64,000 nt of DNA. Source: an uncultured delta proteobacterium. GTDB lineage: Bacteria; Myxococcota_A; Polyangia; Polyangiales; Polyangiaceae. This document shows, piece after piece, positions 51,166 through 60,605 of the stretch. The notes under the pieces are model-generated. The model had not been told where the DNA came from and ran no database searches. It worked only from the letters and a program-made list of their open reading frames with translations. Within the stretch, counting starts at the first letter, position 1. The number at the start of each line of letters is the position of its first letter. Location of the stretch: assembly GCA_963850305.1 (NCBI GenBank), contig CAWKKR010000007.1:96001-160000 (forward strand), given 5' to 3'. The translations under genes and the position numbers were made by a program.

Positions 51166-51531
51166 AGGATCTACGTGGAGGCCGTCGGGCTCGCCACATT
51201 TCCGGACGGCGCGGTGATCTGCGGTCCACTCGAACAGCACCCCCCGAGCCCCAAGGCGACGGCCCTGAACCCGACGGTCCTGCTGGAGGTCACGAGTGAT
51301 TCGTCGGAGGCGTACGACACGCGGGACAAGGTCGACTACTACACCACGATCCCGTCGCTCCGCGATTACGTCATCGTCTCGCATCGCGAGCGGCGCATCA
51401 CGGTGCACCGGAGGTCCGCGGATGGCGAGTGGGTCGCGCGGGTTGCGATCGCGCGAGGGCGTGTCCCGATCGAGAGCCTGAACGCGGAACTCTCGGTCGA
51501 CGAGATCTACGCGAAGAGTTCCGTCGTCTGA
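51166..51531 (+). pseudogene. Uma2-family (PD-(D/E)xK) endonuclease, 5'-truncated
   Basis: RIYVEAVGLATFPD..., NPTVLLEVTSDSSEAYD..K, IPSLRDYV. In-frame stop just upstream; N-terminus absent. Confidence 0.75.
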
Positions 51532-51568
51532 GGGCCGTGGAGCGGAGTTATCCTGGACGGGTACTCCG

Positions 51569-52306
51569 CTACGCGTCCCGCGGATCGATCCCCTTGGCGA
51601 GCGGGACGAGGAGTGCCTCGTAGGTGCCCGTGGGCGCCTTCACTCCCTCGTCGAGAATGTGGACCAGGAGCGCGCCGTCCTTCGACGACGCATCGACGGA
51701 AACGCGAACGGCAGTGCGCACGTCGCCCGGAGGCGGGACCGCGACTCTCTCCTTGGGCGCTGCCTGCGCCGGAGCTGCGGCGCGCTCGGGTTCGGCCGAG
51801 GGCGGCGGTGGATGGCGTTCGCTGGGCGCTGCTTGCGATGTCGTGCGCGCGGGCGCTGGCTCGGAGCGTTCACCGGGCGGCACCCAGGGTTCGAGCGGCG
51901 CATTCGGGATGTCAAGGCCCGCGCCGGCGAGCTCGGTGACCGGGCGCGATGGCGCAGCCGAGGTGCGCGATGGCACGGTCGAGATGCGCGCGGGTGGCGG
52001 CGCCGATCGGACGGCCTGGACGGGACGCTCGGCTGAAGGTGCCGACGTGGACGCGCGCTGGCTCGCGGGCGCCGGTGGTACCCGTGACGGTCGGAACTGG
52101 TCTTGCAGATCGGCAGCGGCGCGCGCGAGGGAGAGCGCGCGCATGTCGTCGCCTTGGGTCTCGGCGGCTTCCGCTGCACGCCGCACCCACCGGAGTGATT
52201 CTTGGAGATCACCGCGTCGCCAGAGCACCTGGGCCGTCTCGATGGCGACGGCGACGTCGCTCGGGTCGTTCTGGGCCACCTTCGGAAACTCGAAGCTCGT
52301 GTTCAT
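51569..52306 (-). CDS. Hypothetical protein (helical N-domain, Pro-rich linker)
   Basis: DVAVAIETAQVLWRRGD..WVRRAAEAA..GDDMRALSLARAAADL; AVRVSV C-terminal domain. Confidence 0.7.
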   Translation of the reverse strand: MNTSFEFPKVAQNDPSDVAVAIETAQVLWRRGDLQESLRWVRRAAEAAETQGDDMRALSLARAAADLQDQFRPSRVPPAPASQRASTSAPSAERPVQAVRSAPPPARISTVPSRTSAAPSRPVTELAGAGLDIPNAPLEPWVPPGERSEPAPARTTSQAAPSERHPPPPSAEPERAAAPAQAAPKERVAVPPPGDVRTAVRVSVDASSKDGALLVHILDEGVKAPTGTYEALLVPLAKGIDPRDA

Positions 52307-52536
52307 GTTCCGATCCCTCGTTCTCGGACGCGCGGCGAGCACATCGCCCGCCGCGGCGCCGTCACTCTTCCCGCGTCTCACGACCTCGTCCTCGGTGCAA
52401 CCTGTCCCCTGGTAAATCCCGTCCGTTCGCCGGAACAGGCGAGGCGCGCTGAAATTTTTCACCGGTACGCGGCCAGGGGACCAGCCGCCGCTCGTCCGGG
52501 CCAGCCGTGCGCTGAGTCAGGAAGACGACCGAGAGG

Positions 52537-53379
52537 TCACTGGTCGGCGCCGCAGTTCTTTTTGTAGAACCGAAACAGGGTATCGCCCCCCGTGTCCGCC
52601 GCCGGGGCGTCGCAACTCGACAGGTGCAGCGTGCATTCGTACGCCCCCGGTGGGTTCCAGTAGTCTTCCACGGCGACGCAATCGCTCCGGGACTCGCATG
52701 CCAGGAGACAGTCCTCGAGGGTCTTGCCGGTGGCCGTCGCGGCGGCGTACGGAACGGCGTTCTCGCAGGTCTTGAAGTCGCCGATACTCTCGAACCGGCA
52801 CGGCGACGTGGCGCTGGGCGCGATGCCGGGAAGGTCGTCGAACGCGAAGATGGCGTCCGACGGCGCCTGCGAACCGCACACGTACCGATACTCGAGGGCC
52901 GCGTCTTCGGGGTCACTGATATCGGTCGACGGTGTACACGGCCCGTATGCCACGGCGCACCCGAAGTCGGGCGCAATCCACGTGTAGTCGACGATCGACG
53001 TGCAGCCGGTCGCAACGCAATTTTGGGCGCATTCGACGCGAGTCTTGAATGCGAAATCGAGGCCGCTCCTGGTTTCCGCGCAGCGCTTCCAGAACCCCAG
53101 GGGTTCGAACCAGCACGACGCTCCCGGGCCGCCCTCGGGCGTGCTCCCACCGCCGCCGGTGACGCCGCCCGAAAAGCTGCCGCCGCTCTGCGACGCGCCG
53201 CCGGCGCTCACACCGCCGGACGCGGCGGAATTGCCACCCGTGCTGGACGCGCCACCCGACGCGGTGGCGCCGTTCGCCGTCTCGGCTTGACCGCCGGATC
53301 CGTCGACCACCCGCCCCGCGCAGGCGACGACGAGCGAGCCCACGACAATCGACGCACCCCGACGATCCCATTGCACCAT
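52537..53379 (-). CDS. Cys-rich lipoprotein with PAN/apple-like motifs
   Basis: Lipobox VVAC; ECAQNCVATGCTS and DCLLACESRSDCVAV. Confidence 0.65.
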   Translation of the reverse strand: MVQWDRRGASIVVGSLVVACAGRVVDGSGGQAETANGATASGGASSTGGNSAASGGVSAGGASQSGGSFSGGVTGGGGSTPEGGPGASCWFEPLGFWKRCAETRSGLDFAFKTRVECAQNCVATGCTSIVDYTWIAPDFGCAVAYGPCTPSTDISDPEDAALEYRYVCGSQAPSDAIFAFDDLPGIAPSATSPCRFESIGDFKTCENAVPYAAATATGKTLEDCLLACESRSDCVAVEDYWNPPGAYECTLHLSSCDAPAADTGGDTLFRFYKKNCGADQ

Positions 53380-53732
53380 CTCTTCAAAGCCTAGCACTGC
53401 CATGAAAATAGAACGAGAAGGCGGTGGCGGCTTCACCCGCTTCCGGCGCGCGATGGAGACCCCGTTCAACATGGTGCTCACGTCGTCGGTCCCTTGCAGC
53501 CGTCGGTCCCGCACGTCGCGAGACAGACGCCCGCGATCGGTGCGCTCGCGCACGCAGCGACGAACGCCGCGGAGCCGCTCACCTTGCAAGCGCTGCCCGC
53601 AATGTTCGAGCACGATCCCGCGGAGCCGCATTCCGGGGACCGTCGAGTCGCGAAGAGCTCGCGTGCTTGCGGATTCGGCCGCCGCGTGAGTAGATACCGC
53701 ATGATCGGCTCACCCGATCGAGAGACGCTCCG

Positions 53733-54497
53733 GTGACCGAGGGCATGCACGGCTCCCGGCGAAGATTCCTGGCGGACCTGGGCGGAGCGGGCGTGGCGGC
53801 GGGGGTCGGTGTCGGTCTCGGTGTACTCGCAAAGCGCGTCGCGCTCCGGCGGCGCGAGGACGCGGCGAGCCAGAACGGCGCTGCTGCGGGCACCGAGTGG
53901 GTGGAGGTCGAGGACACCCCGGTGGAAGATCTCATGCGCGAGCACGCAGTGCTCGAGCGGGTGCTCCTCGTGTACGAGGAGGGTGCCCGGCGGCTCGAAG
54001 CCGGCGTCGACCTCGCGCCGGAGACGCTCGCCACCGCCGGTGGGATCGTGCGTCGCTACATCGAGGACCATCACGAACGCGACGAGGAGACCCACGTGTT
54101 CCCTCGACTCGAGAAGATCGGCGCCGAGGTCGAGCTCGTCCGGACGCTGCGTGTGCAGCACGCGGCCGGCCGTCGCCTCACGAGCGACGTGATCGATCTC
54201 GCCACCGTCGGGGGCGTGCGGGAGCCTTCGACGCGAGCGCGGCTCGTCCAGTCGATGCGCCTCTTCATCCGCATGTACAGGCCGCACGCGGCGCGGGAGA
54301 GCACCGTGCTCTTCCCCGCCTTCCGCAAGGCCCTGTCGCGGATGGAGTACGAGGGGCTGCGCGCCGAGCTCGAGAAGAACGAGCGCGCGCAGTTCGGCGA
54401 AGACCTCTACGAGACCGTGCTCGAGCAAGTACGCGAGCTCGAACGGGCACTCGGGGTCGGGGAGCTCTCGGCCTTCACTCCGCCGGCAGGCGATTGA
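53733..54497 (+). CDS. Hemerythrin (HHE) domain protein with twin-arginine signal
   Basis: SRRRFL; EHAVLER, HHERDEETHVF, QH, HAARESTVLF. Confidence 0.85.
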   Translation: MTEGMHGSRRRFLADLGGAGVAAGVGVGLGVLAKRVALRRREDAASQNGAAAGTEWVEVEDTPVEDLMREHAVLERVLLVYEEGARRLEAGVDLAPETLATAGGIVRRYIEDHHERDEETHVFPRLEKIGAEVELVRTLRVQHAAGRRLTSDVIDLATVGGVREPSTRARLVQSMRLFIRMYRPHAARESTVLFPAFRKALSRMEYEGLRAELEKNERAQFGEDLYETVLEQVRELERALGVGELSAFTPPAGD

Positions 54498-55371
54498 CGA
54501 GCACGCACGCGCGCGGCGAACCCGAGTCGCACCAGCGCCGGAAAGCCTCTGCCATGGCGGGTGACTCGCCGTCCAGGCGTTCGACCTTCCGCGACACCCA
54601 GAGACAGGCGTCGAATGAGAGGAGCTCGCAGGCTGTCCGGTAACCCTCGGCGATCGTCGCCGGCTCCGCTCCTTCCGCCTCCTCTGCTCGCGCCAGCTTC
54701 AGGTGCGGGTACGGCGCGCCGGGAGCGAGCTCACACGCTCTTCGATAGAGCGCGACGGCTCCTGCCCCGGTGCGATGGTCGCCCTCCTGTTCGCATGCTG
54801 CCGAAAGGCCGAGAGCGCACGCCTTCGCCTCCTCGACGGCCGCCCCGCGGGGGTTCCACGCGACACCGAAGCCGGAGGAGTGGACGCGGCTCGCGCCGAG
54901 GCAGCTCTCGCTGTCGTCCTTTCTGCACGCATCGAGGTAGAGCGCGAGGGCCCGTCTCATCCTCGCGCGCGCCAGGGGGATCACGTCGGCCCCGGCGCTC
55001 CCTTCTTCCGCCTCCTCACGCAGCGTCTGCGCCAGCTCCTCGCAAGCGAACGCGTCGTGCTTCAGCATGCAGCCGACGTCGATCTCGAACGCTTCGTAGT
55101 CCGAATAGCGCTTCGCCCAGGGCTGGGCGCGAGAGCACGCGCTTCGGAGACCGCCCTCGCAGGCGAGCGCAAAGTAGAGGCCGGCCTCCTCCGGATACCG
55201 GCTCCGCAGCTCGCCTCGTTCGAGCAGGTCGCCGAGCCTCTCGCAGCTCCCGGGGTTCGAGGCGCGGACGCAGGCGTCGTCGAGCGTCGCGTGCTCGCCT
55301 GGGGCCGCAGGTGCCATGAAGCCGAGCGCGAAACCCGCGAGCGCGACGATGACGAGGCGCGAGGCACGCAC
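54475..55371 (-). CDS. Secreted Sel1-like/Hcp Cys-repeat protein
   Basis: Signal peptide; repeated AC-x6/7-AC motifs (LACEGGLRSAC, KACALGLSAAC). Confidence 0.7.
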   Translation of the reverse strand: MRASRLVIVALAGFALGFMAPAAPGEHATLDDACVRASNPGSCERLGDLLERGELRSRYPEEAGLYFALACEGGLRSACSRAQPWAKRYSDYEAFEIDVGCMLKHDAFACEELAQTLREEAEEGSAGADVIPLARARMRRALALYLDACRKDDSESCLGASRVHSSGFGVAWNPRGAAVEEAKACALGLSAACEQEGDHRTGAGAVALYRRACELAPGAPYPHLKLARAEEAEGAEPATIAEGYRTACELLSFDACLWVSRKVERLDGESPAMAEAFRRWCDSGSPRACVLVNRLPAE

Positions 55372-55384
55372 GAATATGCGCGCC

Positions 55385-56398
55385 TCAGGGAACGTTGCAC
55401 GCCTTGGAGGAGGCCGGCGCCCCGCTCGTGGCGGCCGTCTCGAAGTGATACCCGTAGGAGCCCGCGTAGAGCCCGAGCTTCAGGACGCCGTTGATCGGCG
55501 AGGCGCGCGACGCCACGAGTCTCGACGCGTCGATGTTCGACAGGGGAGGCTGTACCTGGCCGCGCCCGCCCGAGCCCACCGTGAAAAGCTTGGCGCCGAC
55601 CGACGAGTAGTTGCCGCTGCCGTCGAGCTTCTCGAACTCCTCGTACACGTGCACGTGCCCCTGGAGCACGATGTCCGCCTTCTGGGCGATCGCTGCGGTC
55701 CAGATCGGTGCCACGCCGGCGGCCCAGGGCTCGTTGTCGGCGTCGCTGCTGAACATCGTGCTCCACCGCGCGGTGTGCATCGCGACGATCACGCAGCCGT
55801 GGCCGCCGTGGTTGGTCCTCCACGTGCTGATCTCGCTCTCGAGGGTGGTGCCCTGCGCCGAGCATGACTGCTCTGCGCAATTGAGGCCCGTGTTGACGAC
55901 GACCAGGAGCCAGCCGGGGGTGATCTCGTACGAGTACGAAAAGTCGTACGTGGCCACGCCGTTGTCGCCGGTGATCGCGGAAAACTTGTGGTTACCGGCG
56001 GCGTTGTTGCCGTTGAACATGGCGAAGGGCTGTTGCCCGCCCGTGCCCGCGACGCTGTTGAACTCGTGGTTTCCCATGACGGGGAACGTGCGCGACGCCC
56101 AGCTTGCCCAGGGGTAGTTGCTCGCATAGGGTGCGGCGTAGGACATGTCGCCCACCGCGATGAGCTTCACGGCCGAGTTGCTGGCGATCTCCGTCTGCAC
56201 GATGCCCTTGGTGGAGCTCGTCGCCGAGAAGTCCCCGTCGACGAGGAGCGTCGCGGCCGCCGTGACCGCCTCGACACTCTCGCCCACACCGTCCCCCGCT
56301 TCGCTGCCGGCGGAACTGCCGTCGCCCGAGCAACCGATGGCAGCGAGAGCGAGCGAGGTCAGGATGCCGAGGCGGCAGCACATCGTCTGGTTCGTCAT
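55385..56398 (-). CDS. Calcineurin-like metallophosphoesterase lipoprotein
   Basis: Lipobox AIGC; DGD, VGDMSY, GNHE, MH, GHVH. Confidence 0.85.
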   Translation of the reverse strand: MTNQTMCCRLGILTSLALAAIGCSGDGSSAGSEAGDGVGESVEAVTAAATLLVDGDFSATSSTKGIVQTEIASNSAVKLIAVGDMSYAAPYASNYPWASWASRTFPVMGNHEFNSVAGTGGQQPFAMFNGNNAAGNHKFSAITGDNGVATYDFSYSYEITPGWLLVVVNTGLNCAEQSCSAQGTTLESEISTWRTNHGGHGCVIVAMHTARWSTMFSSDADNEPWAAGVAPIWTAAIAQKADIVLQGHVHVYEEFEKLDGSGNYSSVGAKLFTVGSGGRGQVQPPLSNIDASRLVASRASPINGVLKLGLYAGSYGYHFETAATSGAPASSKACNVP

Positions 56399-56504
56399 GT
56401 CGAATCCTTTCCGGATACGCGCGGATGACCGAGCACGCTATCTCGCCCCGGTGACACGTCCGTGTCGCGAGCGTGGATAAATCGTCTCCACTGCGGTTCG
56501 CGAG

Positions 56505-56849
56505 TCAGGGAGTGCAGGGGCAGCAGTAGAAAAGCTCGTTGGACGGCGTGGGAATTGGGATTACGGAGCAGTTTAGAGAGCTGTCCGGTTCGGGGATTGA
56601 ACCGAACGTGGCGCTCGCTCTGCACGTAATCGATGGAGGCCCAGCGGAGTCGGGAGCGCCGACGTCGCCGAACATATCGGCGATCACCTTGTTGCCGACG
56701 CCCTGCTCCTTCAGCTCGCGGATCAGATCCGTGAACACCTGGTTCGCCGTGTGAGCGAGGGGCGCGCGTCCGCCCGTCGCCGTGGCCAGCTGCGCGATGA
56801 GCACGGTCGTCTGTCGGACGATCGAGTCGATGAGCAGATCCGGATTCAT
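56505..56849 (-). pseudogene. In-frame fusion remnant of two hypothetical genes
   Basis: Helical N-part (LLIDSIVRQTTVLIAQLAT...KVIADMFG) joined abruptly to a Cys-rich tail (PTPSNELFYCCPCTP). Confidence 0.5.
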
Positions 56850-56861
56850 GCCCTCGAACGA

Positions 56862-57074
56862 TTACACGACGCCGCCCCGGGATGCGGAGTGTCCGTTTTT
56901 GCACCCCTGCGCCCATACGCTCGGCACCGCATGAGCGGTAACGAGCGCGTCGCGCGTCACGATCGCTCGCGCCACGATGATGGTCTCGCCAGCGCTCGCC
57001 CGTTCGACCAGCTCCGGCAGGTGCGCTTTCGCTTCGGCGACGTTGTACACACTGGGCTTCGTTCGAAGGGTCAC
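56862..57074 (-). pseudogene. Phd/YefM antitoxin N-terminus fused to probable PIN-toxin C-terminus (collapsed TA locus)
   Basis: YNVAEAKAHLPELVERASAGETIIVAR (Phd) followed directly by IVTRDALVTAHAVPSVW (PIN-like end). Confidence 0.65.
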
Positions 57075-57119
57075 GCAACCCAGCGTACCAAGCTGACCAG
57101 GCGCGGGCGGCCTCGGTGG

Positions 57120-57146
57120 GGCGGCGGCGGCGGCGGCGGCGGCGGC
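57120..57146. repeat. (GGC)9 trinucleotide microsatellite
   Basis: Nine perfect GGC units; reads as poly-Pro on the minus strand. Confidence 0.9.
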
Positions 57147-57245
57147 GGGCGTATCCAGATGATCACGGCGGCAGCGACGGCGCCGGTTTGCAACTGACGA
57201 GTAGCGCATCGCGAGCGTCGTCCGAGTACGACGCCCCTTGCCCAC

Positions 57246-57845
57246 TCAGATCCCGAAGCCAAACGTGAGATCGAACGAAGCGAACCAGCTCGGGACGTCG
57301 GAGCGCGAGAGCGGCGCGAAGTCCGAGTAGTCGTCCTGGACGTCACTCGCTGCTGCCAGTAGCGCGATTCCGGGACCCGTCGCAAACCGGAACCCGCCGC
57401 GCGTGACGAGCTCGTATTCGAGAGCCAGCTGGACCCAGTAGGCGCGCTCGCTCACGGACGATTGATCGCCCGTGATGAGCGGGTAGCGGAATCGACCCGA
57501 TGCAAACGCAATCGTGGAGTCGAACGCATGCGCGATGTTGCGCTCCTCGAGCACCGCCAGCCGGTAACGGACGAGCGCCGCGACCTGGACGGGCCCTGGA
57601 ATACTGCCGCCCCCGAGCCAGCTCGCGCCGACGCCGGCGCCCACCGCGACGCGTGACCCGAGGTTGTACTCCACCACGCCGCCGAAGCCGCCGACCGGCG
57701 TCCCCACGCCGAGCATCGCGTTGAAGGTGAGCGGCCTGCTCGTGAAACGAACCGGCTCCGCTGTCCCGGGCGTGGCCGGCGCGGCAAGGATGGCGGGAGC
57801 GAAGAGGAACGCGGCTCCGCACAGGCATCGAGCGACGCGCCTCAT
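57246..57845 (-). CDS. Small outer-membrane beta-barrel-like protein
   Basis: Signal peptide, alternating amphipathic strands, terminal FDLTFGFGI. Confidence 0.6.
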   Translation of the reverse strand: MRRVARCLCGAAFLFAPAILAAPATPGTAEPVRFTSRPLTFNAMLGVGTPVGGFGGVVEYNLGSRVAVGAGVGASWLGGGSIPGPVQVAALVRYRLAVLEERNIAHAFDSTIAFASGRFRYPLITGDQSSVSERAYWVQLALEYELVTRGGFRFATGPGIALLAAASDVQDDYSDFAPLSRSDVPSWFASFDLTFGFGI

Positions 57846-58030
57846 CGGGGTCGCCTTCTAGCATCACCGCCGTCGCCGCCGTCGGTCAATCCCGCGTCCA
57901 CCCGGAACGTCGAACCAGCCTCCGCACCAGCATCATCTGGACCAGCATCGGTCGTGCCGGCGTCGACCTCCGGGAAGAAGCACTCGGCGTCGGTCGACGT
58001 GGAAACGCAGTACGCGCCGGGGAACGAATG
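57842..58030 (-). pseudogene. C-terminal remnant of a DAG-linker Cys protein
   Basis: FPGAYCVSTSTDAECFFPEVDAG...DAG; stop overlaps the next ATG; no credible N-terminus. Confidence 0.4.
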
Positions 58031-58291
58031 AGATCTCAAAATGTACCGGAAATCCCCGTCCCTGACGGCCCGGGGCCGTCGTGGACGGCGGGGAGCGGCG
58101 GGTCGACGAAGGGGACGGCTTTGCTTCTCCTGGCCTCAGGATTTCACAATATAATGCAATCGCCGACGCTACGCTGACGAGTGTGAGCACCCTCGAAGTC
58201 GTCCAAAGCCGAGCGACCGAGATTCGCGCGATTGCTGCGGCACATAGGTCGCGAAGATCGTCCACACCATCCTTTGAAACGAGGCTCCGTG

Positions 58292-59365
58292 ATGAACGTC
58301 GACGTCGAGTGGCTCGCAGGTCCAGAGCGTCGGCTGACGCGCTTCGGTGAAGTGCCGCGCTACCGGGAAGGGCTGCATCGGCTGAGCCTCAGAGCGTATG
58401 CGTGGATGGTTCCCAACGGGTGCTGGGGCGAGACCAACCTGGGACTCGTGGACTGCGACGGCCAGAGCGTGCTGATCGACACGGCCTGGGATCTGGCCTT
58501 CACGAACGAGTTTCTGACGAGCGCCCGACACTTGGTGACGAGATCGCCCGTCGAGTGCGTCGTGAACACGCATTCGGACGGGGATCACTGCTGGGGCAAT
58601 CAGGTATTTGCGAACAAGAGGATCATCGGCACGCACGCCTGCATCGCCAGGATGGACCACGTCACGCCGCGAACGGTCCGCGCGCTCACCGCCGCGGGAC
58701 GCCACATGCGCCACGTTCCGTTCGGGGGCGTCGCCGAGCTCGGGCGCTACGTCGAGAGCATGTTCGGCCCCTACGATTTCAGCGGGATCGAGCTGACGAA
58801 GCCAGGCGAAGGGTTCTCGCGTGAAAAGACCCTCACGCTCAGGGGCGTCGAGATCGTGCTGCGCGAGGTCGGCCCGGGTCACACGGACGGAGACGCCCTC
58901 GTGTACGTGCCCGGCGAGAAGGTCGTGTACGCGGGCGATCTGCTGTTCGTGGGCGTGACCCCCGTCATGTGGGCGGGCCCGGTGGAGAATCTGCTCTCGG
59001 CCTTGCGGCATCTGCTGTCGCTGCCCGCGATCGCCTTCGTGCCGGGTCATGGTCCGCTCGCGACACGCGGTGACATCCAGGATGCGATCGACTACTGGGA
59101 TTTCGCGCACGAAGCGATCCACCGGCGCTTTCGTTCTGGGATGCCACCCGCGGAAGCCGCTCGCGATGTTCTCGCGGACGACGCTTTCCGACGCTCTGCC
59201 TTCGCTCGCTGGGGCTCGCCAGAGCGGCTCGTCACGAGCGCGTACACGATGTACCGCAACTGGGGGCACCCCTGGAGTCGGTTGCCCGAAAAAGTCGCCA
59301 CGATGGACCTCCTGCGACGCCAGGCTCAAGTCGCGGCGGCGCTCTCGCGAAAGGAGGGAGGCTGA
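58292..59365 (+). CDS. MBL-fold metallo-hydrolase
   Basis: LIDT, NTHSDGDHCWGN, PGHTDGD, AGDL, PGHG. Confidence 0.9.
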   Translation: MNVDVEWLAGPERRLTRFGEVPRYREGLHRLSLRAYAWMVPNGCWGETNLGLVDCDGQSVLIDTAWDLAFTNEFLTSARHLVTRSPVECVVNTHSDGDHCWGNQVFANKRIIGTHACIARMDHVTPRTVRALTAAGRHMRHVPFGGVAELGRYVESMFGPYDFSGIELTKPGEGFSREKTLTLRGVEIVLREVGPGHTDGDALVYVPGEKVVYAGDLLFVGVTPVMWAGPVENLLSALRHLLSLPAIAFVPGHGPLATRGDIQDAIDYWDFAHEAIHRRFRSGMPPAEAARDVLADDAFRRSAFARWGSPERLVTSAYTMYRNWGHPWSRLPEKVATMDLLRRQAQVAAALSRKEGG

Positions 59366-59649
59366 ACGGCAAGGCGCGGCCCCTCCCAAGACTTACGCGG
59401 ACCCCGGCTGCGTCCGAGCAAGAAACCGTGCGGTTGCCGGCGGGACACACGAGCGAACCGCAGCGAAACCGCGAAAAGCCGGGCGCGCCGCGGGGCGTCA
59501 TCGCGAAGTGCCTGGGAACCTGGGTCATTCGTGGTGCACGTCTTCGCGCGTGCAAAGAATTTCTCGAACCCGAGTTTTGAAAGGATGTCAGGTTTCAAGG
59601 GTTTCGTGTCGGTGCTCGACGCGGCGCCGTGCAAGGTCGCTTCGCGCCG

Positions 59650-60017
59650 TCACGGCGTGTCGAGCAACGCTCTCCGCGCTCGTGGTTGCGTTCTCGATCT
59701 ACTTCGGCGGTGCCGGCATCGCGCACGCCGGAGACGCGGCCGCGCCCGCGAGCCGCGTGGTGAGCAACGAAGAGCTCGCGCTCCGGGTTTCGGATCTCGA
59801 GGCCTACGTGACCAACGGCGTTCCGAAGAAGCTCGTTTCTTCGGGGCCCGGGCACAACGCCTGGCTCATGACCTCGGCGGCGCTCGTGCTGTTCATGACG
59901 CTCCCGGGGCTCGCGCTCTTCTACGGCGGGCTCGTCCGGCGCAAGAACCTCCTGCCCGTCATGGCGCAGTGCCTGGGCTGCGCGGGCGTCATCACGATCC
60001 TCTGGTGGGCGATCGGC
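59650..60017 (+). pseudogene. amtB: Ammonium transporter, N-terminal fragment only
   Basis: GHNAWLMTSAALVLFMTLPGLALFYGGLVRRKN...LWWAIG, then abrupt loss of homology. Confidence 0.85.
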
Positions 60018-60030
60018 GCCGCGCGGAGAC

Positions 60031-60411
60031 CTACGCGAGCTCCTGCTCGACCTGCCGGCGTGCCTCTTCCGCGAAGGCTTCGGCTTCTGCCTGCTCCATC
60101 GTGGGTAGCTCCGTGCCGGACAGGTCGAATCCCTGCCTGGCGAGGAGCTCGCGCAGGTTCTCGATGATCCCGCCGACGCGCTCGCGCTCGCGGTCGATGC
60201 GCTCGAGGTCCGCCAGCCCTTCCTCGCGCTCGGGACCCACCAGGGTACGCACCCGGACGCGCTCGCGCGCGAAGGCGCGGCACTGCTTCCGGTATTCCTC
60301 CACCAGCGCGTGCAGCCGGTCCACCTCGGGCCCCGTGCGCCGGCGCGGCCCTCGCTTCGGCCACGTCGCCCACCACGCAACGACGATCCCCGCCGCGACG
60401 ATCCAGAGCAC
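60031..60411 (-). CDS. Hypothetical membrane-anchored coiled-coil protein
   Basis: N-terminal TM (LWIVAAGIVVAWW) followed by a charged helical region. Confidence 0.6.
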   Translation of the reverse strand: MLWIVAAGIVVAWWATWPKRGPRRRTGPEVDRLHALVEEYRKQCRAFARERVRVRTLVGPEREEGLADLERIDRERERVGGIIENLRELLARQGFDLSGTELPTMEQAEAEAFAEEARRQVEQELA

Positions 60412-60605
60412 GGGGGAAGCATAGCATGTGCGCCGGGCCGTTCGCGGCGAGCGCCCACGATCCCCTCCGAAGCTTGAACACGGCTCTGCCAGAACGGGGT
60501 ATCGCGAGCAGGCGCGCGCGGCGGGGGCTCGGGGCCGGGCAGGAGCTGTGCGAGCCTTCGCGGCACTTTTCCGCTCCGCGGATGCGATGTTACTCTGACC
60601 GCGCA

